Below are positions 18,088-28,353 of a DNA stretch of 64,000 bases, in pieces (the stretch's first letter is position 1; each line of letters starts with the position of its first letter). Below the pieces are notes generated by a model. The model was not told the DNA's origin. It saw only the letters and a program-made list of their open reading frames with translations, and did not search any database. Source of the stretch: a virus (Duplodnaviria; Heunggongvirae; Uroviricota; Caudoviricetes); IMG/VR virus record IMGVR_UViG_3300032007_000006, positions 185,360-249,359 of that record; one strand, written 5' to 3'. The position numbers were made by a program, and so were the translations under genes.

Positions 18088-18417
18088 TCAAGAGAAATCT
18101 TCAATGCTTTTCGCAAGCCGGCAAGACGCACCCAAAGCATCAGCCAACCCTTTGAAATCATTGATGAAAAGACTGCTCCCATTTAGCCGGATTGATGCAG
18201 AAAATAAACCATCCATTTTGGCTTCAAGCAGAACTTCTCCATCTCGGTCTAAAACGTGTCGAACTGTTCCCTTTCTTCCTTCAATGTCAATCTCTTCATC
18301 TATGGAAAAAGGCTTTTCTTCATCAAAGGCCCGCTTCAGAAGAAATGGATTGAAAACGCCAGTTGCGGCAATCTGTTTCATCAATGCATCTCTGTTGACT
18401 ACAATATAGACTGGCAT
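18088..18417 (-). CDS. Hypothetical protein (109 aa)
   Basis: ORF only. Confidence 0.4.
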   Translation of the reverse strand: MPVYIVVNRDALMKQIAATGVFNPFLLKRAFDEEKPFSIDEEIDIEGRKGTVRHVLDRDGEVLLEAKMDGLFSASIRLNGSSLFINDFKGLADALGASCRLAKSIEDFS

Positions 18418-18465
18418 GTTTCATTCCTGCTTCAGTTTTCCAGCCAGTCTATTGAAAAAGGTCCT

Positions 18466-18723
18466 TCAAGTTGAAGGTTCTTCCTTAACTTCTTCCTTGT
18501 CAAAAAAGAACTGATTCCATTCTTCAACAGTCACTTCTGCACATTTCTTTTCCTCGCCAAAGGGGCATGAAAAGCATCCAACAGGACAGTGCGCCTTAGG
18601 ATCAGTGCATAGACTGGCCAGTTCAGCAGGTTCCACAAGCATGTCAAAAACTCTGGCCTTTGCTCCAATAATTCCAGATGGCCAAAATGACAGTCTCATT
18701 TCAATGCCTTCGCTCATTGTCAA
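18466..18723 (-). CDS. Small Cys-rich protein (85 aa), CPVG...CPF family
   Basis: C-x6-C-x3-C-x2-C pattern (CTDPKAHCPVGCFSCPF); paralog of the next gene. Confidence 0.4.
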   Translation of the reverse strand: MTMSEGIEMRLSFWPSGIIGAKARVFDMLVEPAELASLCTDPKAHCPVGCFSCPFGEEKKCAEVTVEEWNQFFFDKEEVKEEPST

Positions 18724-19028
18724 TGCACCTCGCTAGTTTCTCTATCAAGAATTTCAAAAAGTTCCATCCAGTCTTCAACACGAACGTCCTCACACCATAT
18801 AGGACGTTCGCCTTTATGCTTGTCTGTGTAGGATTTCCATTTAAATGGACACTGTACTATATTTCCAACAGGACATCCACCACCTTTCTTTACATCCTCT
18901 CGACAAGTTTTAGCCAAAAAGACCATATTCAATTTGGCATCAAGATACAAGCAATTTTCACTGTTATCAAGACCAATGCAGACCTTGATTTTTACATCAG
19001 ACTTTTTATCCATTTGCGTCAACTCCAA
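18720..19028 (-). CDS. Small Cys-rich protein (102 aa), CPVG...CPF family paralog
   Basis: GGCPVGNIVQCPF...EDW..F motif shared with the 18466-18723 product. Confidence 0.4.
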   Translation of the reverse strand: MELTQMDKKSDVKIKVCIGLDNSENCLYLDAKLNMVFLAKTCREDVKKGGGCPVGNIVQCPFKWKSYTDKHKGERPIWCEDVRVEDWMELFEILDRETSEVH

Positions 19029-19219
19029 ATAAAATTAAGCATTGCCGCACAGAAGGCCACAACGATTCCAGTTCTGAATAGACCTCTTGAAAGTGCAATG
19101 TGACTTGAACTTTTTTCATCATCTCTAGCGGCATAAGCCAAAATTCTATGAATGACCGAAGCGGTTAGAGCAGATCCAGAAAAAAGCATCATCAAGAATA
19201 ATATGATTGAAGTCATCAT
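19019..19219 (-). CDS. Small hydrophobic membrane protein (66 aa)
   Basis: Two predicted TM helices. Confidence 0.35.
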   Translation of the reverse strand: MMTSIILFLMMLFSGSALTASVIHRILAYAARDDEKSSSHIALSRGLFRTGIVVAFCAAMLNFIWS

Positions 19220-19428
19220 TCCTTAAACCCGCATTTTTCCATCATTAATGAAAAAAGAAAATCAAGCAGAGAAAATACAGAAAAAAACAGTATAGCAAGA
19301 GGACTTAAAATTGCTCCTGCAAGAAACATGACAAGAAAAATAATGATTGTCGCTAAAGTCATAAAGACAAGCCTCAACCTATTATTTGAGAAATCTGCCT
19401 CTTTTCGCAACCGAATAATTTTTAGCAT
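19216..19428 (-). CDS. Small hydrophobic membrane protein (70 aa)
   Basis: TM helices; 4-nt overlap with the downstream gene. Confidence 0.35.
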   Translation of the reverse strand: MLKIIRLRKEADFSNNRLRLVFMTLATIIIFLVMFLAGAILSPLAILFFSVFSLLDFLFSLMMEKCGFKE

Positions 19429-19469
19429 GCCTTCATGGAAGAGTCAAGCAAAAAATTGGACAAGAAGAA

Positions 19470-19502
19470 GGCGGCTTGGTTGAATCCAGACCGCCTTCTG
19501 CT
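19470..19502 (-). terminator. Hairpin gaaggcggc...gccgccttc downstream of the 19522-19941 gene
   Basis: 9-bp stem; weak T-run. Confidence 0.3.
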
Positions 19503-19521
19503 CTCCTAGACTTGCATTGTC

Positions 19522-19941
19522 TTAAATGAGCTGTGCAACAATGGTGAACTTGAGATCCGAATCTTTCACGTCTACAGGCTTGATAACAATTCTAAGGGAA
19601 TCAAGCACCTCCTTAGTGAAATGGTATCCCTCAATGTATTCGCTGTTGTAGACGCCCACAATGTGGCGACCAATTGCCGTTTCAAAGCCAGAACAGAAAA
19701 CGTAGATAAAGCTTTTTTGATCATCAGTCAGCGTAGACATAAACTCATCAATATGCTCCTTCGCAAAAGCATTTCTCATATAGTCAAGAAATGGATTCTT
19801 TTCTTCAGGAGTTTCTATGCCGGCCTGGGTTTCAACGGCTTCCTGGGCTTCTTTGGCTTCAGAGGTCGTTTCGGTTTCCTGGGGTTCTTTAACGACATTT
19901 TCTTGAATCTCTTCAACAGCAGAATCTTTAACTTCTTCCAT
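19522..19941 (-). CDS. Hypothetical protein with an acidic N-terminus (139 aa)
   Basis: ORF only. Confidence 0.45.
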   Translation of the reverse strand: MEEVKDSAVEEIQENVVKEPQETETTSEAKEAQEAVETQAGIETPEEKNPFLDYMRNAFAKEHIDEFMSTLTDDQKSFIYVFCSGFETAIGRHIVGVYNSEYIEGYHFTKEVLDSLRIVIKPVDVKDSDLKFTIVAQLI

Positions 19942-19964
19942 AATGCTCCTCCTATTAGTTTGAT

Positions 19965-20666
19965 TTATACGCTTTTGTAGAACTTCTTCGTGCAGTGGAA
20001 ATGACTGCTTCCATCAGCAGAAGTGTGATCAATTTTAAATTCGTAGTCGTTGGGGTCATTCTTGACAATATCCACTTTAGTTGTTTTGTCATTTACCTGA
20101 TCCTTAGGGAAGAAATCTAAAACCTTTTTAATCTCATCATTAACGATGTCACATCCAGTGCATTTTCTTGCTGGAGTTTTTTCTTTCTCTTCCTTCTTCT
20201 TTGTTTCACATCCGCACTGACATTTTTCACTGCTGGACTTTTTGGAAGAATTGCGCCAGTCAATCCAGCAAGGCATGCCAAAATCCTTGAACAAAGAATC
20301 TTCAAAAAATCTATTGAATGGACGCAACATGTCCTTCCAGTCTCTCACTGGAGATACCCAATCATCAAAAAACGAATTAACAGCAGGAATATTGTCCTTT
20401 TTGTCTTCCTTTTTTGATTCTACAGACTTTTCCACATTCTTTCTGGAAGCAAGAATGTAGGCATCTTCTGGACTGAGACCATATTTGAAAATGTAGTCAT
20501 CATACATCTTTCTGCATTCATCGCTCATTTTTCTGGATGGGCAGAAGGCTTCTCTAGTAAGATTAAGCGCCTTGGTAGAATCAAGACCTTTGCTAAGGTA
20601 GTCATTATACATCTTGTTGAACTTTTCATACTCGGCTACGTTTTCAAAAACTCTTTTCTCAATCAT
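19965..20666 (-). CDS. Hypothetical protein (233 aa) with a CQCGC...CTGC cluster
   Basis: ORF only. Confidence 0.45.
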   Translation of the reverse strand: MIEKRVFENVAEYEKFNKMYNDYLSKGLDSTKALNLTREAFCPSRKMSDECRKMYDDYIFKYGLSPEDAYILASRKNVEKSVESKKEDKKDNIPAVNSFFDDWVSPVRDWKDMLRPFNRFFEDSLFKDFGMPCWIDWRNSSKKSSSEKCQCGCETKKKEEKEKTPARKCTGCDIVNDEIKKVLDFFPKDQVNDKTTKVDIVKNDPNDYEFKIDHTSADGSSHFHCTKKFYKSV

Positions 20667-20683
20667 GACTGTTCTCCTTCAAT

Positions 20684-21802
20684 CTATTGATTTTGGAAGA
20701 CATAGTATGTATCGTTGAATTCCGCCAGCTTGACTTCCGTATCTGGAGCAATGACTGCATCAGTAGGAGCAAGAGCCGTTACTTCCTTTCCCTTTGCATC
20801 TTCCAGAATGACAACGTTTACGCTCATTCCAAGAATGAGCAGAGGCATCTTGACATGCTTTACCTTTGTGGCCTTGAATTTGTGAAACTTCAGAAAGCCA
20901 TTTTCCTCGCATATGTATGATACCACTCTTGAACCTTGGACGCATAGGAAATTCTTGTAGCCAGCATTGAAAAGACTTATGAATCTCTTGTCATCAAACA
21001 GTTCAGGACGCTTGAGAATAAAGGCCTTTTCAATTGTGACTACCATCACTGGGAGTTCATCTTCAACCCAAATCTCGCAAATCTGAGGATAGTCGATGCC
21101 AGCAAAATTCAGCGATGGTTGGCTAGTCTTCTTTATAAAATCTAATATAACACTGGCCTTCTTTTTGTCAAGCATTTTTTTCTTGTCAAAAATAATATTT
21201 CCTATCTTCCAGTACATTTTAAGCTTCTTCACTGGAAGACAGGTCTTGGTGAACTTGAGCACCTTGTCATGCTTGTGATTCATTGCGAAGGAAAACAGAG
21301 AATGAACTTCCCTGGCCAGATGTCCATTCTCGTACATCTTCTTCAGGCATGGAAGAATTTCCTTAGCATACTTCTTGAATACGCAGTTGACAGCAAATTC
21401 ATATTCATCCTGGGAAAGCGTTTCGGCCATGTATCTTACAAAATATTCACGATGCTTTTTCTCGGAGAAAAGACCACGGTCAAAATAGGACATGAACATA
21501 TTGAGAATGGTCAATTCATTGATTGAACCGTGACGATACTTGAGATCCTTGAGATTGTTTCTTTCCTCCGCAAGCAGTTCATCCGATGGAATAATGTCGG
21601 AAGCCATGATGCATATGCCATAGTAGGCCCACCAGGCATTTCTAAGCAGAACGCGCATGAAGGCCTCAAATCTGTCCTGCTCTTGAGACGCTTCAAGCAG
21701 ATAGTCAAACACCAGCGTATGCGAAATGCTGTTGATGCGTTTTGGACCTTCCATAATTTCCAGAAGGCTGTACTTTATTTCATCCTTTTCCATATTCCTC
21801 AT
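20684..21802 (-). CDS. Hypothetical protein (372 aa)
   Basis: ORF only. Confidence 0.45.
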   Translation of the reverse strand: MRNMEKDEIKYSLLEIMEGPKRINSISHTLVFDYLLEASQEQDRFEAFMRVLLRNAWWAYYGICIMASDIIPSDELLAEERNNLKDLKYRHGSINELTILNMFMSYFDRGLFSEKKHREYFVRYMAETLSQDEYEFAVNCVFKKYAKEILPCLKKMYENGHLAREVHSLFSFAMNHKHDKVLKFTKTCLPVKKLKMYWKIGNIIFDKKKMLDKKKASVILDFIKKTSQPSLNFAGIDYPQICEIWVEDELPVMVVTIEKAFILKRPELFDDKRFISLFNAGYKNFLCVQGSRVVSYICEENGFLKFHKFKATKVKHVKMPLLILGMSVNVVILEDAKGKEVTALAPTDAVIAPDTEVKLAEFNDTYYVFQNQ

Positions 21803-21829
21803 CTCCTAACTAGCCAATTAAGGCTTGCA

Positions 21830-22711
21830 CTACAATTTAAAGTCATCAATTCTTGCAAGCTGCTCCTTCAGCCCATTTTTGGCCAGATATGTGAACAGCT
21901 TCATTCCGCCACCCTTTGGCCTGCTTTCCTTCCATACATCTAGAACTTTCTCAACATATTCTTCTGGAATGCAGTCAAAAGAAATAAGCGTTTCGTTCTC
22001 CTTATATCTAGTCTTCTGACTTTCTGTAAGAAATGCAGTTCCAGAAGAAAATATGCCACTCATAAGGTCTCTAGACACTGGCTTCTGTCTGGCTCCATCA
22101 ACAAAGGAGTTTATATTTGAATTGATGTTTGGAATTCCATCAGCCTTGTCTCCATGCACTATCAAGTCTATCAAGGCATGTTCAGGATCCATTTCCTTCG
22201 ATGTTGTTCCCTTGCGTGGAAGATACTGTGAAATCCACGGAAGCTTCTGAAGCTGGGCATAGTCCTTGTCATTAGACACAATAATTGTCTTTTCAACGTC
22301 TTCAAAAAGATTTACATGGCCAATCTTTTCCATGTTTCTGGCCAGAATGGCAATAACGTCATCAGCCTCAAGTCCTCTAATCTGCATGAACTTCCATGGA
22401 GTAACTTCCCTAAGTTCATCTGTAATCTGATTCATGTTTTTGAAGACTTCTTCCCAGTCTATTCCAGAATCAATTCTAGCCTTGGCTCTTCCAGCCTTGT
22501 AGTTTGGAAATATTTCCTTTCTCCAGCATGAACCACCTTCAAGACATATGACCATTTCTCCATAGTCTTCCTTGAACTTTTTGTAATAGGAACGAAGCTG
22601 ATTCAAAAGACAATGCCGAAGAAACTTTATGTCGCATTTTGCGCCTGGATTTCTGGCCAGTTCAACATGCAATGCACTGAACATTGAACCAGAATAGTCA
22701 ACCAGTATCAT
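21830..22711 (-). CDS. rnh: 5'-3' exonuclease / flap endonuclease (T4 RNase H-like), 293 aa
   Basis: FPNYKAGRAKAR (the YKA.R motif), GLEADDVIAIL (EADD), VSNDKDYAQL (DKD..QL): the 5' nuclease family signature. Confidence 0.8.
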   Translation of the reverse strand: MILVDYSGSMFSALHVELARNPGAKCDIKFLRHCLLNQLRSYYKKFKEDYGEMVICLEGGSCWRKEIFPNYKAGRAKARIDSGIDWEEVFKNMNQITDELREVTPWKFMQIRGLEADDVIAILARNMEKIGHVNLFEDVEKTIIVSNDKDYAQLQKLPWISQYLPRKGTTSKEMDPEHALIDLIVHGDKADGIPNINSNINSFVDGARQKPVSRDLMSGIFSSGTAFLTESQKTRYKENETLISFDCIPEEYVEKVLDVWKESRPKGGGMKLFTYLAKNGLKEQLARIDDFKL

Positions 22712-22734
22712 TCATCCTCCCGATGTCCAAAGAA

Positions 22735-22986
22735 CTACATCATTCTATGGCCATTCCCAGTCATGTTTTTGCAGATTGCAATAAGAGAATTCAAGGCCAT
22801 TCCCAAAGATTCAATTCTCTGCTCCATTTTGTCCATTCTCTGCTCAATCTCATTCAGTCTGGAAAATATTACATCCTTTTCTTCCTTTCTCTTGTTTTTG
22901 AGAAGCAGTCTCTTCTTTGCATTTCCATATCCAACTTCATCATCATTGATCAATGATCCATCACTCGCTCTTTTCCATTGATCCAT
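22735..22986 (-). CDS. Hypothetical small coiled-coil protein (83 aa)
   Basis: ORF with a GAAGGAG SD. Confidence 0.35.
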   Translation of the reverse strand: MDQWKRASDGSLINDDEVGYGNAKKRLLLKNKRKEEKDVIFSRLNEIEQRMDKMEQRIESLGMALNSLIAICKNMTGNGHRMM

Positions 22987-23563
22987 CGGCATTATCTCCT
23001 TCATTTAGGAAGTCTTCAATAGTTTTAGGCCTGTTCTTCTTGGCTTCTTCCAGCTTCTCTCTTTGAGCCTTTGAATATCCCTTTCTATAGAAAGGAGCCT
23101 TCTTTGGTCCCTTTGCTATCGTGTCCATATAGGACTTGTTTCTGGCATTGATGGCATTGTATTTTGAATTTTCTTCATCATCCGTTTCAATTGGAATGTC
23201 ATAGAGAACTTCAAGCTGCCTTCGATATTCCAGATGGGTATTCAGTTTTTCCTTTTCAGTTTTGATTCTGGCCACAAAGGCATTGTATGCAATCTGCGTA
23301 TAGAACGCAAATGGATTCTGTGACTTTTCTGGATTAAAATTGCGACAGAATTGTATGCAGGCCAGAATTGCATCCGAAATCATTTCCTGCTTCCAGGTAT
23401 ATCCAGCAAATCTGCCAGATCTGGCCAGATTTTCGCATATTCTCATGATAGCCAGTGCTATCTTGTCTGGTATCTTTTCCTGACCAGATTCGCGCCACTT
23501 TACAATCTCTTCATAAAATTCCTTATTATTAACATAATTATGTGATACTCGCTTTCCTGCCAT
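22961..23563 (-). CDS. 55: Late-transcription sigma factor, T4 gp55 homolog (200 aa)
   Basis: HNYVNNKEF, ALAIMRI, AGYTWKQEMISDAILA, NPFAFYTQIAYNAFVARIKTEKEK align block-by-block with T4 gp55 (YNYVNNKEL ... GLAIM ... SGYT.SWKQEMI ... [21 protein letters not shown]). Confidence 0.85.
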   Translation of the reverse strand: MAGKRVSHNYVNNKEFYEEIVKWRESGQEKIPDKIALAIMRICENLARSGRFAGYTWKQEMISDAILACIQFCRNFNPEKSQNPFAFYTQIAYNAFVARIKTEKEKLNTHLEYRRQLEVLYDIPIETDDEENSKYNAINARNKSYMDTIAKGPKKAPFYRKGYSKAQREKLEEAKKNRPKTIEDFLNEGDNADGSMEKSE

Positions 23564-23622
23564 CTGTTTCCTCCATTAATGAAAATATAATCCATTTGAC
23601 AGAAAAAGGCAAGCAGAAATTT

Positions 23623-24117
23623 TTAGTCTGTTGGAATTTTCACTCTGTCCATTTCATAGGTCTTTTGAAGAAACTTGGATACAAGTTCTGGAAATTTTTG
23701 ATAGACAAACTTCTTTCCCTTTATCATTCTACCTATCATGCCAAACGTTGAAGTTGGACGAGTTGGAAGAGTCCATATGGTATCATGTTCATCTACGAAA
23801 ATAATGCAGTTCTGCTTGTATTTTCTTCCATAATAGTAGAAAAAGCGTTTCAACATTTCCAAATCTATGTCATCTGAAGGAAAGGACACCATGCATTCAA
23901 TCTCTTCAAGATTTTCAGCGTACTTTCCCGTAATTTTCAGTATGTCTAGATCTAATTCATCCTTCATGGCCCTTCTAAGAAACTTTGTATTTGTCAAATT
24001 TTGACTGTATGGAAGTCCACCTTGCCAGGCTGAATTGATAATAAATCTTGTTCCATGATTCCATCTGGCCTTAAACTCATAGTCATAAACTTCATTAAGC
24101 AGAATATCATTCATCAT
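23623..24117 (-). CDS. Hypothetical protein (about 164 aa)
   Basis: ORF only. Confidence 0.4.
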   Translation of the reverse strand: MMNDILLNEVYDYEFKARWNHGTRFIINSAWQGGLPYSQNLTNTKFLRRAMKDELDLDILKITGKYAENLEEIECMVSFPSDDIDLEMLKRFFYYYGRKYKQNCIIFVDEHDTIWTLPTRPTSTFGMIGRMIKGKKFVYQKFPELVSKFLQKTYEMDRVKIPTD

Positions 24118-25234
24118 AGACACGTCCACTCTTCATTGATATTGTGCTTGCACCAAGAATGGATATGAGATTTGCCGACTTGTTCAAGGCATAGTCAATT
24201 TTAGAAACCATTGTTCTGTCATTTGACCATATCTGAACAACATGGCGTCCATCCTGCAGCTGTGTGGATGCGGCTTCAAGCAGTCCAGATGCTCCCATGG
24301 CCTGACATGACAGCACAACAGAAGACCACTCTGCATTGGAAGCAATTTCGGCCTTGACCTTCAAGGCCGCGGCGCATCTGTTTTCATCATACTCAATTCC
24401 AACAACACCATCTTGATTAAGATACAAGATTCTTTCCGTATCCGGCTCTTCATTAATCATTTGCGTAAGCAGAGACAGAGTGGCTGGAGAAGCGTCATAA
24501 ACAAGATCGCCATTGAGGCTTGAATCAACGGCTTTTGCCGAGGCCGCCTTGTAGTTGTCAATAATCTGCGTATTCTCTACGATTTCAAGCAGTATTCTGG
24601 AATGAATGAATGTTGCACGATAGACAATGAAAGTGCCAGGAAGAAGAAGGGTGCTTTTTGGACTGCCAATGTCAGACCATTCCACATTTGGATAAATGGA
24701 ATTGTTCACAAAGCTAAAATCATTTCCAGCATAGGAAACATGCATTTCCTGCAAGGCCTTAATTGATATCAGCTTTTCAGAAAACCATGATGGATCTGGA
24801 CTGGCGGCAAGAGTAATAAGAACGTCACTTCTAGCATCAACGCACTGCACATCTGGAGAGTTCTTTGTTACCTTGACTTCTCCAGTGCTGGTTGAAATAG
24901 ATGCATCCGATGTTGTAAAGACTGCCTTTTTGACTACGCTGTCGGCTGAAATCTCGCGAACGTTCATGTCCACTTCTTCAGCATCATAGTCCGGAAGAAC
25001 TCCCCATTTGACTCCATCAAGATATTTCTTGTCGGTGGACTCCATAAATCCAAACACGTTTGAATATGTTGGATCATTTGGAGCAACCGCAGGATGGTCA
25101 ACAATGTTGCATACGTCAATAATTCTGTTCAACATGTTGAGCCAAGAGTGAACAGTGTCGCTTATCTTGATAGGCTCCAGCATTCTGGCTGCAGTCAACT
25201 TGTCTTCAATCAACGCTCTTGTTTGTTCATTCAT
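24107..25234 (-). CDS. Hypothetical protein (375 aa)
   Basis: ORF only. Confidence 0.45.
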   Translation of the reverse strand: MNEQTRALIEDKLTAARMLEPIKISDTVHSWLNMLNRIIDVCNIVDHPAVAPNDPTYSNVFGFMESTDKKYLDGVKWGVLPDYDAEEVDMNVREISADSVVKKAVFTTSDASISTSTGEVKVTKNSPDVQCVDARSDVLITLAASPDPSWFSEKLISIKALQEMHVSYAGNDFSFVNNSIYPNVEWSDIGSPKSTLLLPGTFIVYRATFIHSRILLEIVENTQIIDNYKAASAKAVDSSLNGDLVYDASPATLSLLTQMINEEPDTERILYLNQDGVVGIEYDENRCAAALKVKAEIASNAEWSSVVLSCQAMGASGLLEAASTQLQDGRHVVQIWSNDRTMVSKIDYALNKSANLISILGASTISMKSGRVYDE

Positions 25235-25300
25235 TCCTTTTGCTCTTCTTCGTCTATGCAGTCAAAATATTTATTTTATATGCTGGAGCCTATCTAAATG

Positions 25301-25642
25301 CTATTCTTCTACCGTTTCATCTTCTGCCACTTCCTTGAACATGGGAATGTCGTGCTCAAGGAAGACAACGCCAGTAAACACCCTGGAAATTATTCTTCCA
25401 TCAGCGCCACGAAGCTTTATTGAAAATGATGTATGATTGTTCTTTGCAATGTTGTACATGATTTCTGCCATTCTATTGTATGCGGCACATGCTTCCTGAT
25501 CGTTCAGAAGAGTAGTTATCTTGAATTGATATGGCGTTCCGCCAAACCAGCACATTACGTCTATGTGATATACCTTGCAGTCTTCAAGTCCTGGAGGAAT
25601 TTCCTTAACTTCTTCATATGGAAGTTCATCCTTTGTCCACAT
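25301..25642 (-). CDS. Hypothetical protein (114 aa)
   Basis: Start MWTKDEL with a GGAGAAAAG SD immediately after the dUTPase stop. Confidence 0.4.
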   Translation of the reverse strand: MWTKDELPYEEVKEIPPGLEDCKVYHIDVMCWFGGTPYQFKITTLLNDQEACAAYNRMAEIMYNIAKNNHTSFSIKLRGADGRIISRVFTGVVFLEHDIPMFKEVAEDETVEE

Positions 25643-25646
25643 TGAT

Positions 25647-26129
25647 CTACTTTTCTCCAGTAGATCCAAAGCCGTTGCTGCCTCTTTCTCTGTCATTGTT
25701 TCTCCTCCAGTATTCTTCTTCCGTCATCTCTTCAATTTCTGTCATTCCGATTGGAATAAGCATAAACTGAGCGATTTTGTCGCCAGGACATATTTTCGCT
25801 GGCGCATCTCCAATGTTGACAAGATGAATGCCAAGTTCGCCAGTGTATCCAGAATCAACAAGCTTTGCACCAAGAGTGAGTTTCTTTTTAGTTGCAACTC
25901 CAGACTTGTTCACGCCCAGAAGAGCCCATCCCTTTGGCACTCCAACTCTTACTCCAGTTTGAACGAGATAGTCCTTTCCTGGAAGAAGTGTCACTTCATC
26001 CATGTCCTCTGGTGCAAAAAAATCAAAACCGGCATCATCGACATGCGCCTTCACTGGAATTTTTCCCTTCCTTCCTTCAATAAGGCAGACTTGAAGTCTT
26101 TCCTTGACATCTTTTGCCGTAAATTCCAT
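25647..26129 (-). CDS. dut: dUTP diphosphatase (dUTPase), 160 aa
   Basis: All five dUTPase motifs: DAGFDFFA, GVNKSGVATKK, KLVDSGYTGELG, DKIAQFML, RERGSNGFGSTG. Confidence 0.88.
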   Translation of the reverse strand: MEFTAKDVKERLQVCLIEGRKGKIPVKAHVDDAGFDFFAPEDMDEVTLLPGKDYLVQTGVRVGVPKGWALLGVNKSGVATKKKLTLGAKLVDSGYTGELGIHLVNIGDAPAKICPGDKIAQFMLIPIGMTEIEEMTEEEYWRRNNDRERGSNGFGSTGEK

Positions 26130-26137
26130 TGTTCCTC

Positions 26138-28339
26138 CTATTCGCAGCAGTATTTTAAATTCCAGCCAACATTGCTGGAAACGTATCTTTCTACAAAATG
26201 CACCGCATCTTTCGTGGCAATGTCTTTATGCAGACCAAATCCGTCATGCATAGGAACGCCAAATCCATATTTTGTTTCCCTAACAGGCATGCCTTCCATT
26301 TCAAGACCATTCATTATGTTCCATAAAAGCATGGATTCAGCCCCTTGATATATATGGGCCAGCTTCTGTCCAAAGGTAACTCTTCTGGACTTTATGTCCA
26401 TCTCCTCTCCCCACGAATTGACAAGTACAGGACGTCCTCCTGCATATTTCTTCATTTTTCCAAACAGAAAATTTCCACCATTCTGCATTTCATTCCAGAG
26501 CGCCGTCACTCTTTCATTTGAAGCCCAGGACGCAATCTGCATCAATCTTATTGGATCGCTTATTCCAGCCACAAGAGCCGAACCAGGAGAATAATGATAG
26601 GTGTCATACAGAGTTGGCATTATTCCATAAGTCTCAACAAGCCAATTCCATTCAGCGGCATTGACAATCCGATCAATGTTCATTGTGCATCCATATCCAA
26701 TCATTGTCAAGAAGTCCTTGACATTTTCCAATGAAATGTCATGGCTTTCATCAACAAGAGACTTTCTGTAGGAATCCTTGTCCTTGACCATTGCATCTAT
26801 TTCTGGAGTATTCTCTGAATAGCCGTACGAATCCAGCAGGCTCTTCATTATTGAAAATACCGCACAGTTGAGATCTATTGAAGAATAGGATGGGAAAACC
26901 TTTTTTCTAAGCCATTTTGGAAACATTTGAACGCAGTTTCCATAGCCATAGAATCTTCCATGCGTTCTTCTTCTAAAATGAAGTCGCATCCATCTTCTGC
27001 CTTCATCCTTCAGTCCATTAGCCAGCATTCCCTCAAGCTGACCAGCAATTTGAGAATTCAATGGTCTTTCTAAATCATTCAATGCATTTTCAATGCCATC
27101 TGGATCAAACTCAACGTTGATCTGCATTTCCGACGTTCCAATGAACTGTGGCTTTGGCTTTTCCTCAATGAGAATGAGAGGCAAATCTACCCTTTGATGT
27201 CCATTAAATTCGCTTTCGTGCATTTCTTGAAGAGTCATTCCTCTTTTAGATCCAATGAAGAGACCTCTTGCTATTTTTTCTATATGCGTAGTCCAGAAAA
27301 GCCTTTCTTCGGCAATGTCTTGTCCATGAATTTTGAAAGCTTCGGAAAATGATGAATATTTTTCAACTGGAGCAGTGGAATCATTCAATGGCCTAAGACC
27401 AGTCCATTCCTTCCATACTTCAGGAAAATCCTTTCTTGCATTGATTTTTAGTCCCTTCTTTAATTTTCCATTGGAATGATTGACATAGCATTGAATGAAC
27501 CATTCCTTTAAAACTCTTGCATCAAGTTCAATAAAACGAATCTGCCCAAGTCTAGCCCTATGAACCAGCCATTTCATTGCAGATGTGGCCGTATAAAGAT
27601 TCTTTCTTCCTATCCAGTGCTTTTCCTGCTTCCAGACATTTGAAATGCCGTCAAATCTCAAAACCGTCTTTGTAATGTTGTTTACTTTTTCATGCACTCT
27701 AACATATGAACCAGATATGTTTCCATTAGACCATCTTTCCTTTGGAGTCATTTCCTGTGATTTTTCAATAAACGCCAAAGTGTTGTAGCTGCTGGCATTA
27801 TATTCGGATAAAAGTCTTGAATCCTTTATGAGATGCCTGCATCCCTTTCCCTCAAGTCCACTGAATGGAAACAGTATGCTTCTAGGAAGACAGTTTCCAA
27901 GAGAAAATGGAGCATCTATAAATGATGGTTCCCTGCAGGCCAAGGCCAAGGCAATGGTTGAAACCATGGCCATGGATACAATTGCATTTTTTATCTTCCA
28001 CTGCTGCCACGTTTTTGTATATCCATGAGAATCCAGAACCCGCTTCAAATCTTCATAAAGACATTCCTTTTCCATGAATATTTCAGGGCAGATGAATATT
28101 CTTGTACATCCACTTTCACCAACGTCTCCCTCCATTAATGGATCAAAAAATGACTGTGGACGCCATCCCTCTGGAATATCGTTTTTCCATTTTTCTACCG
28201 ACATAAGCCAGTCTTTCTCGGAAGGAAGAAAGGCCTTACTCGGAGATTCTTCCAATGCGGAAAGCTTCTTCCGAAGACTTTCAATTGTCCAAAGTTCAGC
28301 ATCATGATGCTGAACTAACGATGCAACGACACTAGACAT
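26138..28339 (-). CDS. Large hypothetical protein (733 aa), function unassigned
   Basis: Long uninterrupted ORF in the gene block; only weak, unconvincing polymerase-like fragments (see the rejected list). Confidence 0.5.
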   Translation of the reverse strand: MSSVVASLVQHHDAELWTIESLRKKLSALEESPSKAFLPSEKDWLMSVEKWKNDIPEGWRPQSFFDPLMEGDVGESGCTRIFICPEIFMEKECLYEDLKRVLDSHGYTKTWQQWKIKNAIVSMAMVSTIALALACREPSFIDAPFSLGNCLPRSILFPFSGLEGKGCRHLIKDSRLLSEYNASSYNTLAFIEKSQEMTPKERWSNGNISGSYVRVHEKVNNITKTVLRFDGISNVWKQEKHWIGRKNLYTATSAMKWLVHRARLGQIRFIELDARVLKEWFIQCYVNHSNGKLKKGLKINARKDFPEVWKEWTGLRPLNDSTAPVEKYSSFSEAFKIHGQDIAEERLFWTTHIEKIARGLFIGSKRGMTLQEMHESEFNGHQRVDLPLILIEEKPKPQFIGTSEMQINVEFDPDGIENALNDLERPLNSQIAGQLEGMLANGLKDEGRRWMRLHFRRRTHGRFYGYGNCVQMFPKWLRKKVFPSYSSIDLNCAVFSIMKSLLDSYGYSENTPEIDAMVKDKDSYRKSLVDESHDISLENVKDFLTMIGYGCTMNIDRIVNAAEWNWLVETYGIMPTLYDTYHYSPGSALVAGISDPIRLMQIASWASNERVTALWNEMQNGGNFLFGKMKKYAGGRPVLVNSWGEEMDIKSRRVTFGQKLAHIYQGAESMLLWNIMNGLEMEGMPVRETKYGFGVPMHDGFGLHKDIATKDAVHFVERYVSSNVGWNLKYCCE

Positions 28340-28353
28340 TAATATGTCCCCTG

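Noticed and set aside
25575-26348. 257-aa plus-strand ORF
   Set aside because: It is antisense to the dUTPase gene (five canonical motifs on the other strand) and to the 5' end of the 733-aa gene.
26138-28339. Single-subunit RNA/DNA polymerase call for the 733-aa protein, based on HDGFG and DLNCAVF fragments
   Set aside because: The spacing between the putative motifs A, B and C does not fit T7 RNAP or family-A polymerases, and motif B is unconvincing. Left as unassigned.
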